Origin: Hyaloraphidium curvatum SAG 235-1
Taxonomy: Eukaryota > Fungi > Monoblepharomycota
Reading direction: 5' to 3'
NCBI GenBank assembly: GCA_025558095.1
Contig: JAIVFI010000024.1
Coordinates: 372,001 to 436,000 of the forward strand
Length of the DNA: 64,000 bases
In this document: positions 1 through 12,174 of the stretch, one piece after another
Layout: every line of letters begins with the position of its first letter
Numbering within the stretch: position 1 is the stretch's first letter
Made by a program: the position numbers and the translations under genes
Notes under the pieces: generated by a model
What the model was told of the DNA's origin: nothing
The model's database searches: none
The model's input: the letters and a program-made list of their open reading frames with translations, nothing else

Positions 1-1329
1 AGGCCGTGGAAGGCGGATTTGGGGTTCTGATGGGCGCCGTGGCAGCCGAATTTGCCGGCAGATGTGCAGCAGGACCTCGAGCGGAGGCTGAGGGCGCTCC
101 AGGCCACGCTGCCGACCGTGACGGAGCAGGTCTACGACAAGGAGACGTCGAAAAAGAACTACGAAAAGTACAAGTACGTCCGCTTTGTTGGTAGGTCTCC
201 GTGGCGTGTGCTTGGACCGGCCGGATGTTGACGTTGCCAAAGAACGGCAAAAGGTCACCCGGAAGCTGAAGCAGGTCGAGAAGCGGCTGCGTAAAGCGGA
301 AGAGGACGGCGAGGACGCGGACGAGCTTCGGCAGGAGAAGGAGGGCCTCGAAGTGGACCTCGCATATACCCTGGTGGGTCGGAAATCTGTTCGGCGGCGC
401 GGCTCGTAATCATTGACACCGGATGTCGTCAGAACTACCCCCTCCTGTTCAAGTACGTCTCCCTCTACCCCGTCACCCACCAGCCCGGGGAAAAAACCCC
501 CTCCACCTCCGAAACCCGGCGCTCCGACGTGCTCCGCGACACGGTGCGCGCCGAGATCCGCCGGCGCACCGAGGCCGGCGCCGAGCTCGCGCAGGAGGCG
601 GTCGGGTTCGCGGTCCGCAAGGCGCTCAAGCTGGGACATCCCGAACTGTTTCCGGAGCTGCTCAAAGCGAAGAAGGGGGTGCCGCCCAAGGGCGGCGCGG
701 CAGCGAAGGAGGATGGAGGGAGGGCGTCGGAGAGCCCGCCGCCAGGGAAGCCCGCAAGGGCTAAAGCGACAACGGAGGGAAAGGCGACGGAGAAGCCGAA
801 GAAGGACAAGACCGCCGGAGGCCCGATTGGAGGGAAGCCGGCCAACGCGCAACGTGCCGGCGCGGAGAGGCCGCAGAAACGCCCGAAGCAGGAACCGCCG
901 GCACCGAACCCCTTTGCGGACGACGACTTTTTTGTCCTCGACGACGACGACGATCGGGCGTTGGAACCCGGTCGGGAGATCCCCGAGGCCGGGGACGTCC
1001 TGGGGGATGGTGCTGCGGACGATGGTTTCTTCCCGAAGCGGCGCGGCGGGAAGAAGCTGCGCAAGGAGGAGAATGCGGGGAACGGCGAGGCAAAGAGCTC
1101 CGCAGGCGATCCGCCAGCATCCTTGGGGCCGTACCGCGGACGAGGTCGAGGGAATTTTGGGGGGGGAGGACGTGGAGGCGGCCGCGGGGGTGGTTCTAAT
1201 TCGGGATCTCATGCCGGGACGAGCCGTGGATCCTTCAGGGGACGCGGTGGAGGTGATCGGAGAGGACGGGGTGGTGGAGGCAGAGGCGGGAACTGGAAAC
1301 CGAAGCTGGGTGGTTCCAAATTCGAGTAG
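1..1329 (+). CDS. EFG1: rRNA-processing protein Efg1 (5'-partial; introns about 191-242 and 374-432), RGG-rich C-terminus
   Basis: Spliced translation KKNYEKYKYVRFVERQKVTRKLKQVEK...VDLAYTLNYPLLFKYVSLYP matches Efg1 motifs; GT..AG introns restore the frame. Confidence 0.85.
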
Positions 1330-1382
1330 CTTCCTCCGCTGCTGAATAAAAACATAAAGAGCCCAAGCCACCGTCCCCGAGA

Positions 1383-3197
1383 CTAGAAGATCCTGCATCC
1401 GCAAAGGCTGTTGGCCTCCTCGTCGTCCTCTTCGCCTTTGCGATCCTTCTTGATGGCGTTCGCGACTTCTTTTGCAGCCCGCAGCCCCGTCTCGTATGCT
1501 GAAGACGACCGAATAAGCACAAAGATCGCGAGCAAACACCGTTTCGCCCACCTGCGTGCTGGTAACTGAAGGAGCGCAGGCTTGTGTGCTCGCCGGCAAA
1601 AAAGATGCGCTCCTTGCCGTCCGCCCCGTTGACCGGCCTGGCGATCTCACGCAGGTGCGCCTCGGCCTCGGTGCGCCCGCCCATGTCCAGGCCGATGTAC
1701 GAGTAGGAGCCCATGGAGTAGGGATCCGAGTGCCAGCGGGTGACGATGACGTCCACGGGATCCGGGATCGGATGCCCCGGGAAGACGCGGTACCTGAGGT
1801 GGTGCATGATGATCTGCTTGACCTTCTCGTCGCTCAGTTTCTCGATCGCGTTCTGCGAGCAAAGCGTGCGTCGGTCCCTGCATCTAGCTGCGTGCATGCG
1901 ACCACCCACGGCAAAGCTTGTGGAGGTCCAGGCTGCGAGCACCGGAGGGAACTTGTGCTTCTTGCTCGACGAGCCCTCGGGGGACGACGGCCTCATGTGA
2001 TGGAATGCCGTGATGGAGAAGAAGGAAAGCAGGTGGAAGTCGCTGATAGGGGGGCACAACGTCTTGCCGTCTCCGTCATCGGATGCGTCTTCTTGGCCGG
2101 CCACCATCAAGGCAATGTCCGAGTGCGGGAGGAAGGTCGTGAATAGGTCGTGCTCCACCTGCCACCACACTTCCGGAAACCTGATGATGATCTTGTCGAG
2201 GGTTCCATAGCCCATGGCCTGAAGGGCATTGGACGCGGGCACCGGCAGGGGAGGCGAAAAGATGGCCTTGTGTGTCTTCTTCATCACACCGAGCGGGATC
2301 GTGCAGACCACGTAGTCGGCCATGTACACGGAGCCGTCCTGCGTGGTGATCTTGACGCCCGGAGCCTTGAGGTCGCCATACTCGATGCTCGTGACGGGCT
2401 TGTTCAGCAGGATGGAGCCCTCGTCAAAGTCGGACCGCTTGAGCATCTGCTTCAGGACGCCGTCGTAGCCCGACGTCACAAAGGCGTCGGCACCCTCCCT
2501 CGCCGCCTCCGTGGCAAACATGACGAGCGACAGATCGGAGAGCGGAGCGGCCTCAAAGTCCGAGACGGCGTCGATCATGCCCATCAGGGCGGCGCGCTCT
2601 TGGGTGCCCTCGGCGAAGCCTTCGACGTACCAGCCGTCAGCGACGGCCTTTTGAGCCCACTCCTTGTAGCTCATGGGAGTCTCGGGATGCTTCATTGCGT
2701 AGGCGACCGCCTTGTCCATCAGCTGCGCGACACGCAGGCCGATGAGCTTGGACACGGCCGTGGGTAGGGGCTCGGCCGAGTCGCACGGTGGGTGGAGCGG
2801 AGATCGGGTGTAGCGCCCGTCCCTCGTCTCCACCAGCTTCAGCTTCTTGCCAAAGTCGCGGATCAGCGGATTGCCCGTGGACCCGTGGATGAACATGCAG
2901 CCTTGATCTGCAGAGCAGAGCGAGTTGAAAGGGGTAGCATAGAGGCAATCAGCGCACAGCATTGACGCCCCACCAGCATGGCGACAACTTACCGATGGCG
3001 ACGTCCTTGCCCCAGCGGTAATCCGTGAAGGTCCGGCCGCCGATACGATCACGTGCTTCCAAGACGGTGATGTTCCGGTATCCCGACCGGGCCAGAGCCG
3101 TGGCAGCGGCTAGCCCGGAGCAGCCCGAGCCGATGACGCAAATGTGCGGCCCGGGCTTCGGTTCCTTGATCTTCTTCTTGTTGACGAATGAGTCCAT
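1383..3197 (-). CDS. Flavin-containing amine oxidase (polyamine oxidase/LSD1-like), multi-exon
   Basis: [12 protein letters not shown] (GxGxxG), [42 protein letters not shown]. Confidence 0.92.
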
Positions 3198-3513
3198 CTT
3201 CGAAGGTTAAGGCTACTTTGCGGGGGATTCCGAAGGCCCTCCAGAGCTTTTGCTGCGAACGGGGAAGGTCGGGGAAACGGCAAGAGCACCAGGCGCGGTG
3301 TAGCAGTGACGACGAAGGCGGGATAGCCGCGAGAGAGGTGCCTTTCTTCGGGAGGGCGTTGCGTCCGGGGCAGGGCGCTCCTTTTTGAAAGCACAGCCTC
3401 ACACAGATTCCGTTTCCGTTTCCCCGCCGCTGGTCTGGGCTCCTTCGCCTTCCGTCATTCGCAGCTGTTGTTCTATTGAATTCATTCTGCCGCCGTCTCT
3501 CGCACCTGGAGCG

Positions 3514-4537
3514 ATGCCCGCGAAAACCGAACCCGACCGCGTGTCTTTCACGCACGCCGCGACTAAATCCAGTGCAGTCGTCTACCTTTATGGCGCGACG
3601 CTGACGAGCTGGAAGCCCGGAAAAGACGGTCGGGAACGGATTTTCGTCAGGTGGGGCGCGATCGACGCGTCCCTTCATCTCCTATTTACCCTTCGAACGC
3701 GTCGCCAGTCCTCGCGCAGTTCTGAACGGGACAAAGGCGATTCGAGGCGGTATCCCGTTGGTTTTTCCACAGTTCGGCACTGTGGCCAACTCAAGGCTGC
3801 CGCAGCACGGCTTCGCGCGCACATCGATTTGGAAATGGAAGGGGGTCCGTTCGGAGGACAGCGACCACATTCAGGTCGCCTTCGAGCTGCTGCCGGGACA
3901 AGTGTCCCCCGTGCTCTTTCAGCTGTGGCCATTCGCGTTTGTGCTTACGTATCTGGTGACTCTGCGGGGTTCCGATCGGATCGAAACGAGCCTTGTCGCC
4001 GAGAATACCGGCACCTCGCCCTTTTCCTTCACCGCCTTGTTGCACACCTATTTTGCTGTTCCCAACATCTCAGACGTGCGCGTGAAGGGGCTCAAGGGGT
4101 CGGTTTTGTCCTCCTCCGCTCTGTTGGGCTGTTGCTGACGAGGCCAGCAAGGACGACTTACGCAGACAAAGTCCGGGATGGACAATCTTTCACCGAGACC
4201 GACGACGCTATCGCTTTCCGAAGAGAAGTCGACCGTGTCTACGAGAATGTCCCTGGTGCCGTGATCATCGAAGCTGGGCATGGCTCCGATCTGGAGCTTT
4301 CGCGAAAAGGGTTGGCTGACGTTGGTGGGTAATGGAAAGAAAGGGAGAGGAGCCAACAACTCAAATCCTGCGGAAGTTGTCTGGAACCCCCACGTCGAGA
4401 AAGCAAGAGGGATGGTGGACCTGGGAGAGGATTCGTATCCGAGGTTCGTGTGCGTCGAGGCCGGACAGGTGGCAAGCCCGGTGTTGCTGGCCCCGGGCGC
4501 ACGATGGGAAGGAACACAGACCATCCGTGCCCTGTGA
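3514..4537 (+). CDS. Glucose-6-phosphate 1-epimerase (aldose 1-epimerase family), multi-exon
   Basis: VYLYGATLTSW, AIRGGIPLVFPQFG, QHGFAR, LHTYF, EVDRVY, VVWNP, FVCVEAG. Confidence 0.92.
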
Positions 4538-4579
4538 TTTGCGGCGACCATGTACATAGCCAGTATACCCCCGAAACAT

Positions 4580-5716
4580 TCATACTTCGGCATCGACCTT
4601 TGTCCTCTTCATCTCGGGCTGGAGGCCACTTCGGGGACTTTCCGTTCCCGGACCGCTCTCGTCCAGCTCTTCCTCCTCCAAAATCCGCTTGCGTTCTTGC
4701 TCCTTGGCCTCGGCCCTTTCGCGCATTCGGCGCAGAGTCGCAGCCTCGTAATCCTCTGCCGAAAGCTCCGCGCCGGGTGCGGAAGCGCCAAACGATGAAA
4801 TCGCTGGGAAAGAAGAAAACGGCTCGTCCGTGGTACGGATCGTGTAGTCCTTGGCTCCGTTCGCGTCGGCTTCTGGCGAAGCATCCTTGTTGTTTCGCTT
4901 TTGACGGAGCAAGGAAACAGTAGCGGGTTCCGCGCCCAATGCCCATTCCACTTCAAGTCCCTCGGGCCACTGCGGTTCTCTTCGCTCGAAAGAATCGAGC
5001 GCGTCGACGGCGAAACCGAGTTCCGCAAACTGCACGATCGCGCTCGCTTTGCCTTTCTTCTTCTTCTTTGAATCCGCATCGGCCGCTTTCGGCAACGAGA
5101 CCAGCAGGTGGGCAATGAGCCCAAACGACGACAGGAGGTATCGCATCGACGCCTCCGAGATTTCCTCTTGCCCAGGCTCCAAAGGTCGCCATCTGAGCTT
5201 CAAAGTGCGATCTATGTCCGTCGTTCCGGGCGGATCGTTGTCGTTTGCGGCCAGAAAGCCCGCAAGAAGGTCCCTGTTGCTCCGCTCCTTCATGGCCCTC
5301 GCCGCGTCCTCCTCCTTCTTGGCGATCCGCCGTAACCCCTCCTCCCTCAGCCGCTCGATCTCTGCCTTTTGCCGGGCCGCTTCCATGGCGTCCGTGTACC
5401 GCTTTTCGCGCGCGACGTACTCCCGCTCTTCGAGATCCGAGGTCATCTTCCTCCGGGCGCTGTCGAGCTTCGCCATCTTCTGCTTCTTGGCCAACTTGGC
5501 CTTGAGCAAAGCATCGTAGTTCTGCTTCCGTTCCGGGTCGGACAGCACATCGTAAGCTTTGGTCAGGCGAAGGAAGAGGTCCGCTGCCGCCGTGTCGTCG
5601 GGGCCGACTTTGTCCGGGTGGCACTTGAGCGCCAGGATCCGGTACGCCCGGCCGATGTCTTTGACGGACGCATCGTACGGAACGCCGAGTGTCTCATAGT
5701 GGTCTTCGTCGTCCAT
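4580..5716 (-). CDS. DnaJ-domain protein, DNAJC17/Cwf23-like
   Basis: N-terminal J domain with HPD, LEERE coiled coil, degenerate RRM (TLKLRW...FG...AIVQF). Confidence 0.85.
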   Translation of the reverse strand: MDDEDHYETLGVPYDASVKDIGRAYRILALKCHPDKVGPDDTAAADLFLRLTKAYDVLSDPERKQNYDALLKAKLAKKQKMAKLDSARRKMTSDLEEREYVAREKRYTDAMEAARQKAEIERLREEGLRRIAKKEEDAARAMKERSNRDLLAGFLAANDNDPPGTTDIDRTLKLRWRPLEPGQEEISEASMRYLLSSFGLIAHLLVSLPKAADADSKKKKKGKASAIVQFAELGFAVDALDSFERREPQWPEGLEVEWALGAEPATVSLLRQKRNNKDASPEADANGAKDYTIRTTDEPFSSFPAISSFGASAPGAELSAEDYEAATLRRMRERAEAKEQERKRILEEEELDESGPGTESPRSGLQPEMKRTKVDAEV

Positions 5717-5822
5717 TCGCCAGTGCGCAGCAAGCAGCTGATGGACGCCGCAAAGGCGGCGTATGTTTACCCCGCAGTCACTCCGAATCTGAATCTCTCT
5801 TAAGCTCTCGCTACATCAAGCC

Positions 5823-8800
5823 TTACAGCGAAATGAACAGGAGGTCGTTCATTCCGGTCCATCCATGGGAAGACGCATGACCCATGCAGCTTGCCACGTC
5901 CGCGAGCGTGGCTCGCACGTGCGCTCTCGTCTTTCGCACTTGCGTCAGAGCTTCGGTAACGCGTCTGGGAACCTCGTCCTTCCCCAAATCCTGCTCTCCG
6001 AAGTCTTGTGCAGCCCCTTGCTGCACACCACTAATCAAGTCCATGAGTTTTCCAGACGCCGATTCGGCCAGTTCGCCATAGCGCTTCCGCTCTTCCAGGA
6101 CTGCAGGCAAGGCTCGATCCCTCAAATGCGAGCACTCCGCGTCCACTTGCTGGAGATGGTTCGAAGCGCTCTCGAAATCACTGGTCTCCAGCAGAACTTG
6201 CAGTCTGTCCTTTCGTGTCTCCTTTTGGAGCTGCTCTGTCTTTCGAACCACGTCGTTCGTATCCCGCACCACCTCCTTGACACGCCCTTCCTCCTGCTGG
6301 CACATAGCAAATACTGCCGACTGCCGAGCGTGGAGCCATGTCGCTGTGCGATCACGATCCTGGCTCAAGATCTGGCGGGTCGCGGCCACCTCCTCGACCT
6401 TCATTCGCATTTGCTCCACTTTCTCTCGCAGATCGTCCCGTGCTTTCTGGAGAGCAAAGGCTCTGGCGGTTTGCAAATCAATTGCAGAGCGCAGTTCTTG
6501 CTTTTCAGCGGCAAGGGAGGACCGCTCGTCGGAGATCGAGCTGAATAGCGAGTCGACTTCGTCTTTCCGCGCATGCCAATCGGGGAGCTCGAGATCAAGT
6601 TTTTCCCGTTCGTCCGAAATTTGCTGGATAGCGCGCTCCAGTTTCAGCTGCTCGGCAGCCATGGTCTCCCTTTCCCGTGCCCAGGATGCATCAGATTCCT
6701 TCAGCTCCATCTTCTTGTCATTGGCAACGTGCACGTGAGCCGACACCGCATCCATGAGGGTCTGCCTTTTGGTTTCTGCCTCCTCTAGAGAACGGGCTGC
6801 TGCTGTTTGTATCTCTTCCAACCGCAACTTGTCTTCCCCGGCACGGCGCTTCCAGGACTCTGTTTCGACCTCCAGGTGCTCCTTCTTTTTGGTCAAGCTC
6901 TCGATTTTCTCCGCCATTTCTTTCTTCTGCCGAACGAGCTCCGATTCATCCCTCTGCACTTTGGAGGCTTTCTGTCGGGTTGCGTCGAGCTGTTTCTGCA
7001 GCTCGGATTCCTCGACCTTCCAAGAACCTCGCTCGGCGGTGATCTCCTTCAAGACGGTCTGCTCTCTCGCCTGGGCCTCTCTTGCACGTGCGTCCTCGTC
7101 CTCTACGGTCCGTTTCGAGTTGCTTCTGGCAGTCCGAGGCGCAGCCAGCGCTGACGAGACCTCGGCCTTGCGCAGATTGGAGCTTTCGCATTCGCTTTCC
7201 AAACGACGGGCTTCATTCTCCAACGACAAGCAGGTGGCATCGTGCGCCTTGGCAGCATGGGTCAACTTTGTGCGGTCGCTTTCGACGAGGCGGGAACGCT
7301 CCTGAACCTCCCTCCCCACCACCTCGATCTGTCGGGAGAGCTGTAGCGAGTGCTGTTCAAGTTCCATCTTCTCGCTGTGGAGACGTTGCAGAGACTTCTC
7401 CAGGGATCCCAGCCGGGAGCGTCTGGCTCCGACTTCCGCAAACAAGAAATCGCACGCGGTCGACGCATTGGCAACCAGCTGATCTAGCTCCGAAGATTCT
7501 CGTTGCAGACTCGCTAGCTCGGCAGACAGCTTGTCCATGGTTTCGACCACTTGACGCGGGCCGCACTCCGATTCCTCTTCTAGGTGAGACCTCATGGCAC
7601 GCGCCCCTGAGGTTTCCTTCGCGAGCTTCTTTGCCAGCATGTTCTCCTTTCCAAGCCGGGCAATCTGCATGCTGATATCAGCAGCGATTGTTCGGACTCG
7701 CTCCCAAGCTTGCAGATGGATGTCCAGGAGCTAGTCAGGTTGCGTCAACATCAAGCAACGATTGGCGATGCCGGGTAGGTCTACATACGGTCCGGCTGTC
7801 GGCATAGGAGCGGCCAACATGCGTTGCAAGAGCAGCCACGGCGATCCCTAAGCCAATCCAGTTCCTCTCCCAGGGCTCGAGCTTGGCGCAGAGCCAATCC
7901 CCGGCAATCTTTGCCCTCTTCTTTGCCTCCTTCAAGACGCGCTCAACTTTGGCCACCTGCACTTTCCAGTGCTTAAGCGCACGCTGGGAGTCCCAAAGCG
8001 CGGACCTGAAAACATTCAGATCGACCTGTTGAGCGGCGAACGCGGTTTGGTATATGTGAGGTGTCACCACCTCCGGAAGGTTCGATGGAGACAGCATGGA
8101 GAGGTTGTGCATCCTCTGCGGAAGTACAAAGTCGGTCGGCGGCAACGGCGGGACCTCGTCCGCAATGTGAGTCGATGGCAAAACGCCGGCATGCGCCAGG
8201 ATCAAGTCCGTGCCGGCAACGAGGTCGTGGAGGCTCCGTTGTCCGGCGGATCGGCAGCAACCGTGCATCCACGTGTTCCAAAGCTGCTCCTGGCACGAAA
8301 GGCAGAGGTCCGTATCGCTGCCGAGAAGCGGAGCAAACTCTCTGAGGATCGAAGGGCGCACCGGCCAGCGAACCACCGTTTCGGCCCCTTCCGGGACAGA
8401 GACGTCGCCGGCATGGTCCAAAAGAGCAGATTCGTCAGACAAAGATGGAAGAGTGGCCTTCTTGGGCGGGATGGCAGGGGGGTCGAGGGGCTCCGAGCTG
8501 TCCTCACTGAAATGCACGGACCTGGGTGGCCGATGAGGCGGCTGCTGCGGTGCATCGCGCTTCTCCGAGGCATAGGCAAGTTGCGGAGCGATGGGCCCTT
8601 CAGCGGGCCTCCGTCCGGAAGCGCCTGTCCTCGCATGCAGCGCGATGCGGGCCGCCGGAGCCCGCAGAGTCAGGTCCTGCGGCGCCGCCGTGCGCCGAGC
8701 ATTGCCAGCAGCAGCCAAGCCAGTGCAAAGGGAGGGCTCCCCCTTCGGATGCGGAGGTCCATCGAGATTCATGGGTCTGTTCCTCGTCTGCGCGCCGGGG

Positions 8801-8880
8801 CCCAGGCGCTTGCGGGGACATTGGTCCCCACACCGACCACGGATCGCGAGGCCAGGGGCGCTGGGGCGGTCGTCGGCCAC
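5823..8880 (-). CDS. Large coiled-coil protein of unknown function (multi-exon, start uncertain)
   Basis: 615-aa E/K/Q/R-rich heptad ORF (5823-7670) plus a 381-aa upstream ORF on the same strand. Confidence 0.6.
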
Positions 8881-8923
8881 TGCAATCGGATCACTTCTAA
8901 TCGGAAGCCTCGGACGTGCCGCG

Positions 8924-10589
8924 ATGACGGCGAAAGCGGAGGCGCAGTACTCTCCCTGGCCAGTCCTCCACGCTGACGCGACAACGAGGGTCGCGAGCGC
9001 GATTGGACGCCAGAAGGAGGCAGGCAGTGGAGGTTCGGCGGCGCATGCATCTGGCTACCACAACTGGAGGTCCGAGGAGGAAGTGGACTGGCTCCGCGAC
9101 TCCCTGCTCCGCTGGTACGATGCTTCCTACCGCAAGATGCCTTGGAGGGTGCACGACACGAAGGAGACGACGGACAAATCTCCGGAGCAGCGGGCATACG
9201 AGGTCTGGGTGTCAGAAATCATGCTGCAGCAGACCCAGGTGGCCACGGTGATCCCATACTGGACGCGGTGGATGGCAAGGTGGCCGACGGTCCAAGCGCT
9301 CGCCGCAGCAGGAGCGGAAGAAATCAACGAGCTTTGGTCCGGCCTGGGATACTACTCTCGAGCCTCGCGGCTGCACGCTGCGGCGAAGCTGCTGGTCGGA
9401 GAGCACGCCGGGACTCTCCCGCGTGATCCGGAGGCGTTGAAGAAGACGGTGCCAGGAATCGGACCGTACACGGCGGGCGCGATCGCATCCATCGCCTACA
9501 ACGTCAAGGCGGAACTCGTCGACGGCAACGTCACCAGGGTCTTCAGCAGGATCCGTGCGATCGGCGGCGATCCTAAGAGCAAAGCGTGCGATTCGCTGGT
9601 GTGGAAGCTCGCGCGCGAAGCCGTCCCGGATGACCGCCCAGGGGCATTCAATCAGGCGCTGATGGAGTGAGTCTTTGCCGCGCAGTGTTTATGACGGGCG
9701 TGCTCATGTTTCGCTCAGTCTTGGAGCGACAATCTGCACGCCGCAGAACCCGAACTGCGAAGCCTGCCCGCTTCGCGAGTGCTGTCTGGCCTACGCGGAA
9801 AAGAAAGCTGCGGACACTCTGGCTTCCACCAGCTTCTTTAAGGACTCGAAATCATCTGGCGCACAGGGCACAGCCGGAGGCTCCGAGGACATCGAAGACA
9901 CTTGCGGAATCTGCGGAACGGACTCACCTACTGGGGACTTTTCGGTCACACGCTATCCGCTCAAAGTTGCGAAGAAGAAGCAGCGGGAAGAGCGTCGCCT
10001 CGTTTGCGTTGCCGAAGCGACGGGCGAGACTGCGGATTCGTCGCGGTTCCTTGTTCTGAAGCGACCCACTTCCGGACTCTTGCCCGGCTTGTGGCAGTTC
10101 CCTATGTCGGAAGCACTTGCAGATCCACAGCCGGACGGGACCGTGGACGAGAACGGCGAATCAACGAGCGATGCCTGCACGCAGGTGAGGCAGCTGCTGA
10201 AGCCTCATGTGACCGGCGAAGTCGATTCGTTCAAGATCTCATACCGCGGCGACGTCAAGCACGTCTTTTCTCACATCATCTGGCAAATGGAGGTCTACTC
10301 TTGCCCTTTTCCAGCGACGGACGATCTTGCGAATGGGACGGACGCGAGGTGGCTTACGAAGGAGGAGATCGCGGACGCTGCACTACCGACGGGCATGCGA
10401 AAAGCGTTCGACCTCTGCTTTAGCAAGCCTAGCGCAAAGCGAAAGGCCAAGGACGCAAAAGCGGAGTCATCCGCTGCCGGAGCAAGCAAGAAGAGCCGCA
10501 AGAGTCCGGCGACAGCAGCATCCGCGGGCAAGAGTCAACGTGGAATTGCCTCGTTCTTTGCGGCGCCGACGACGCGGGAGGATACATGA
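8924..10589 (+). CDS. MUTYH: A/G-specific adenine DNA glycosylase MutY/MUTYH (intron about 9667-9718)
   Basis: YEVWVSEIMLQQTQV, WSGLGYYSRA, HhH PGIGPYTAGAIASIA, VDGNVTRV, Fe-S motif CTPQNPNCEACPLRECC, NUDIX-like HVFSH. Confidence 0.96.
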
Positions 10590-10620
10590 GACTGACGCGC
10601 CGGCTCAGAGGTTTGCAAGA

Positions 10621-11739
10621 TCACGCCATCATCCATCCGGCACCGCCGGCAATGACCCAGAGCAGCCCTTGGACAGCCGTCTGTCGACCGGAGCTGGCTC
10701 GGGAGCCGGAAGGAGGGCTTGGCGTCGAGGAGTTCGGCGTCGCCGTCGACGACGTCGATGATGCTGTCGATCCGCTGGGCGACGGAGCGGCCGGAGGCGT
10801 CGAGGAGCGCGGCTTGTACTGGGGTGTGCCCGGCGCAGCGCCCATGCACTCCGCCAGGGTCACAAATCTGTATCCTTTGCTCCTGACGATGTCAATGAGA
10901 GATGAAGTGGCGCGCACTCGATCGGAGGTCAGGCTACACATTGAAAAGGATGGGGTGCGAAGCTCACCTGATTCGAGCTTGGTCTCGTGGAGCAGTATGA
11001 TTTGCCCCTCGAAGGCGTTTGCAGCGTCCGGAAGCTCGGTTTTAGCACGGTCCAAGATGGCCTGTGTGACGTTGGAGGCGTTTTTCGAATCGAAAGAGTC
11101 GTAACTCCACACAACTGAAAGGCAGATGAGCACACATCGCAGGCAAGGTCGCGGAAGTAGCTCACCGATCTTCTGTCCGAAGTTGCGAATGAGATCTCCG
11201 GTCCTTTTGTCGACCTCCCCAAACGGAGGCCGCAGAGCAACGGGCGCGACGCCGATCCTGCTCACGATCAGCTGCTCGTTACGAACGAGCTGGTCCATGA
11301 TGCCGCTGTCGTTGAGCGTAGGCAGCGACAGGTGATCCAATGTGTGGGAGCCGATCTGGATGGAGTTGATCGTGAGTTGAGGTCAGCGCGGGATCGACGA
11401 GATCGCACCAGGTGTCCGGCCCTGTACGCCTCTGCCATCGAGGCGCCGAAGTACTGGATCGACGTGCCGACGACGCTGCGGAGACGGATTGAACAGGAAG
11501 CACGCCGATCGCGGGACACCGGCTCACAAGAACGTCGCGGTCACATTCTTGGCGCGGAGAATGCTCAGAAGCTCGAGAGAGTACGGAGACGGACCGTCGT
11601 CGTACGTGAGCGCGACAGTCTTCGGGTCGACGCAAGCACGAAGATCGTAGACCCCGGTGGAGCCGAAGTACAGCGTCGCGTTCTGGGCGAGCGTGCTGGC
11701 CACGAGGCAGAGCAGGGCGAACAGCAGAAGGAAGGCCAT
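10621..11739 (-). CDS. Polysaccharide/chitin deacetylase (CE4), secreted, S/T-rich tail, probable GPI signal
   Basis: Signal peptide MAFLLLFALLCL; ALTYDDGPS, HTLDH, LRPPFG and IILLHE motifs. Confidence 0.9.
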
Positions 11740-12174
11740 GGTGGTGGATAGGCGTTGATCGGTCTCTGCCTCCGGTGAGCGCTGGGCCGCAGACGCGTCG
11801 CAATGCTGAGCGACTCGTGTCTTTGTAAGGCCGCGCTGCGCCTCGCGCAAGGCGCCGGAAAGGCGTCATGTTGCACGAATCGTCGGGGGCGTTGCCGTCG
11901 CTCGAAACGCCGGCTCAGCGCCGCAGCCGTTCAAGTTCTAAGGAAACCTGGAGTGGTACAGCTAATCTCGAAGCCTGTGCATCCGCTCCAATAAATGACG
12001 AGGTAACGTGTCTCCCAGCTCCGGACCCGGCGAGTCAGGCGCGGGTCAATCCCTCAGCCCGGTCCTGCGTTCGGTCGGTCGCTGCACTGCACGAGAAGAG
12101 GGCAGCGCCTCCCTGCCTCGAGAGATCGAATCACATAAAAGGCCACCGGGCGCTCTGCACACGACGTCGACCAG

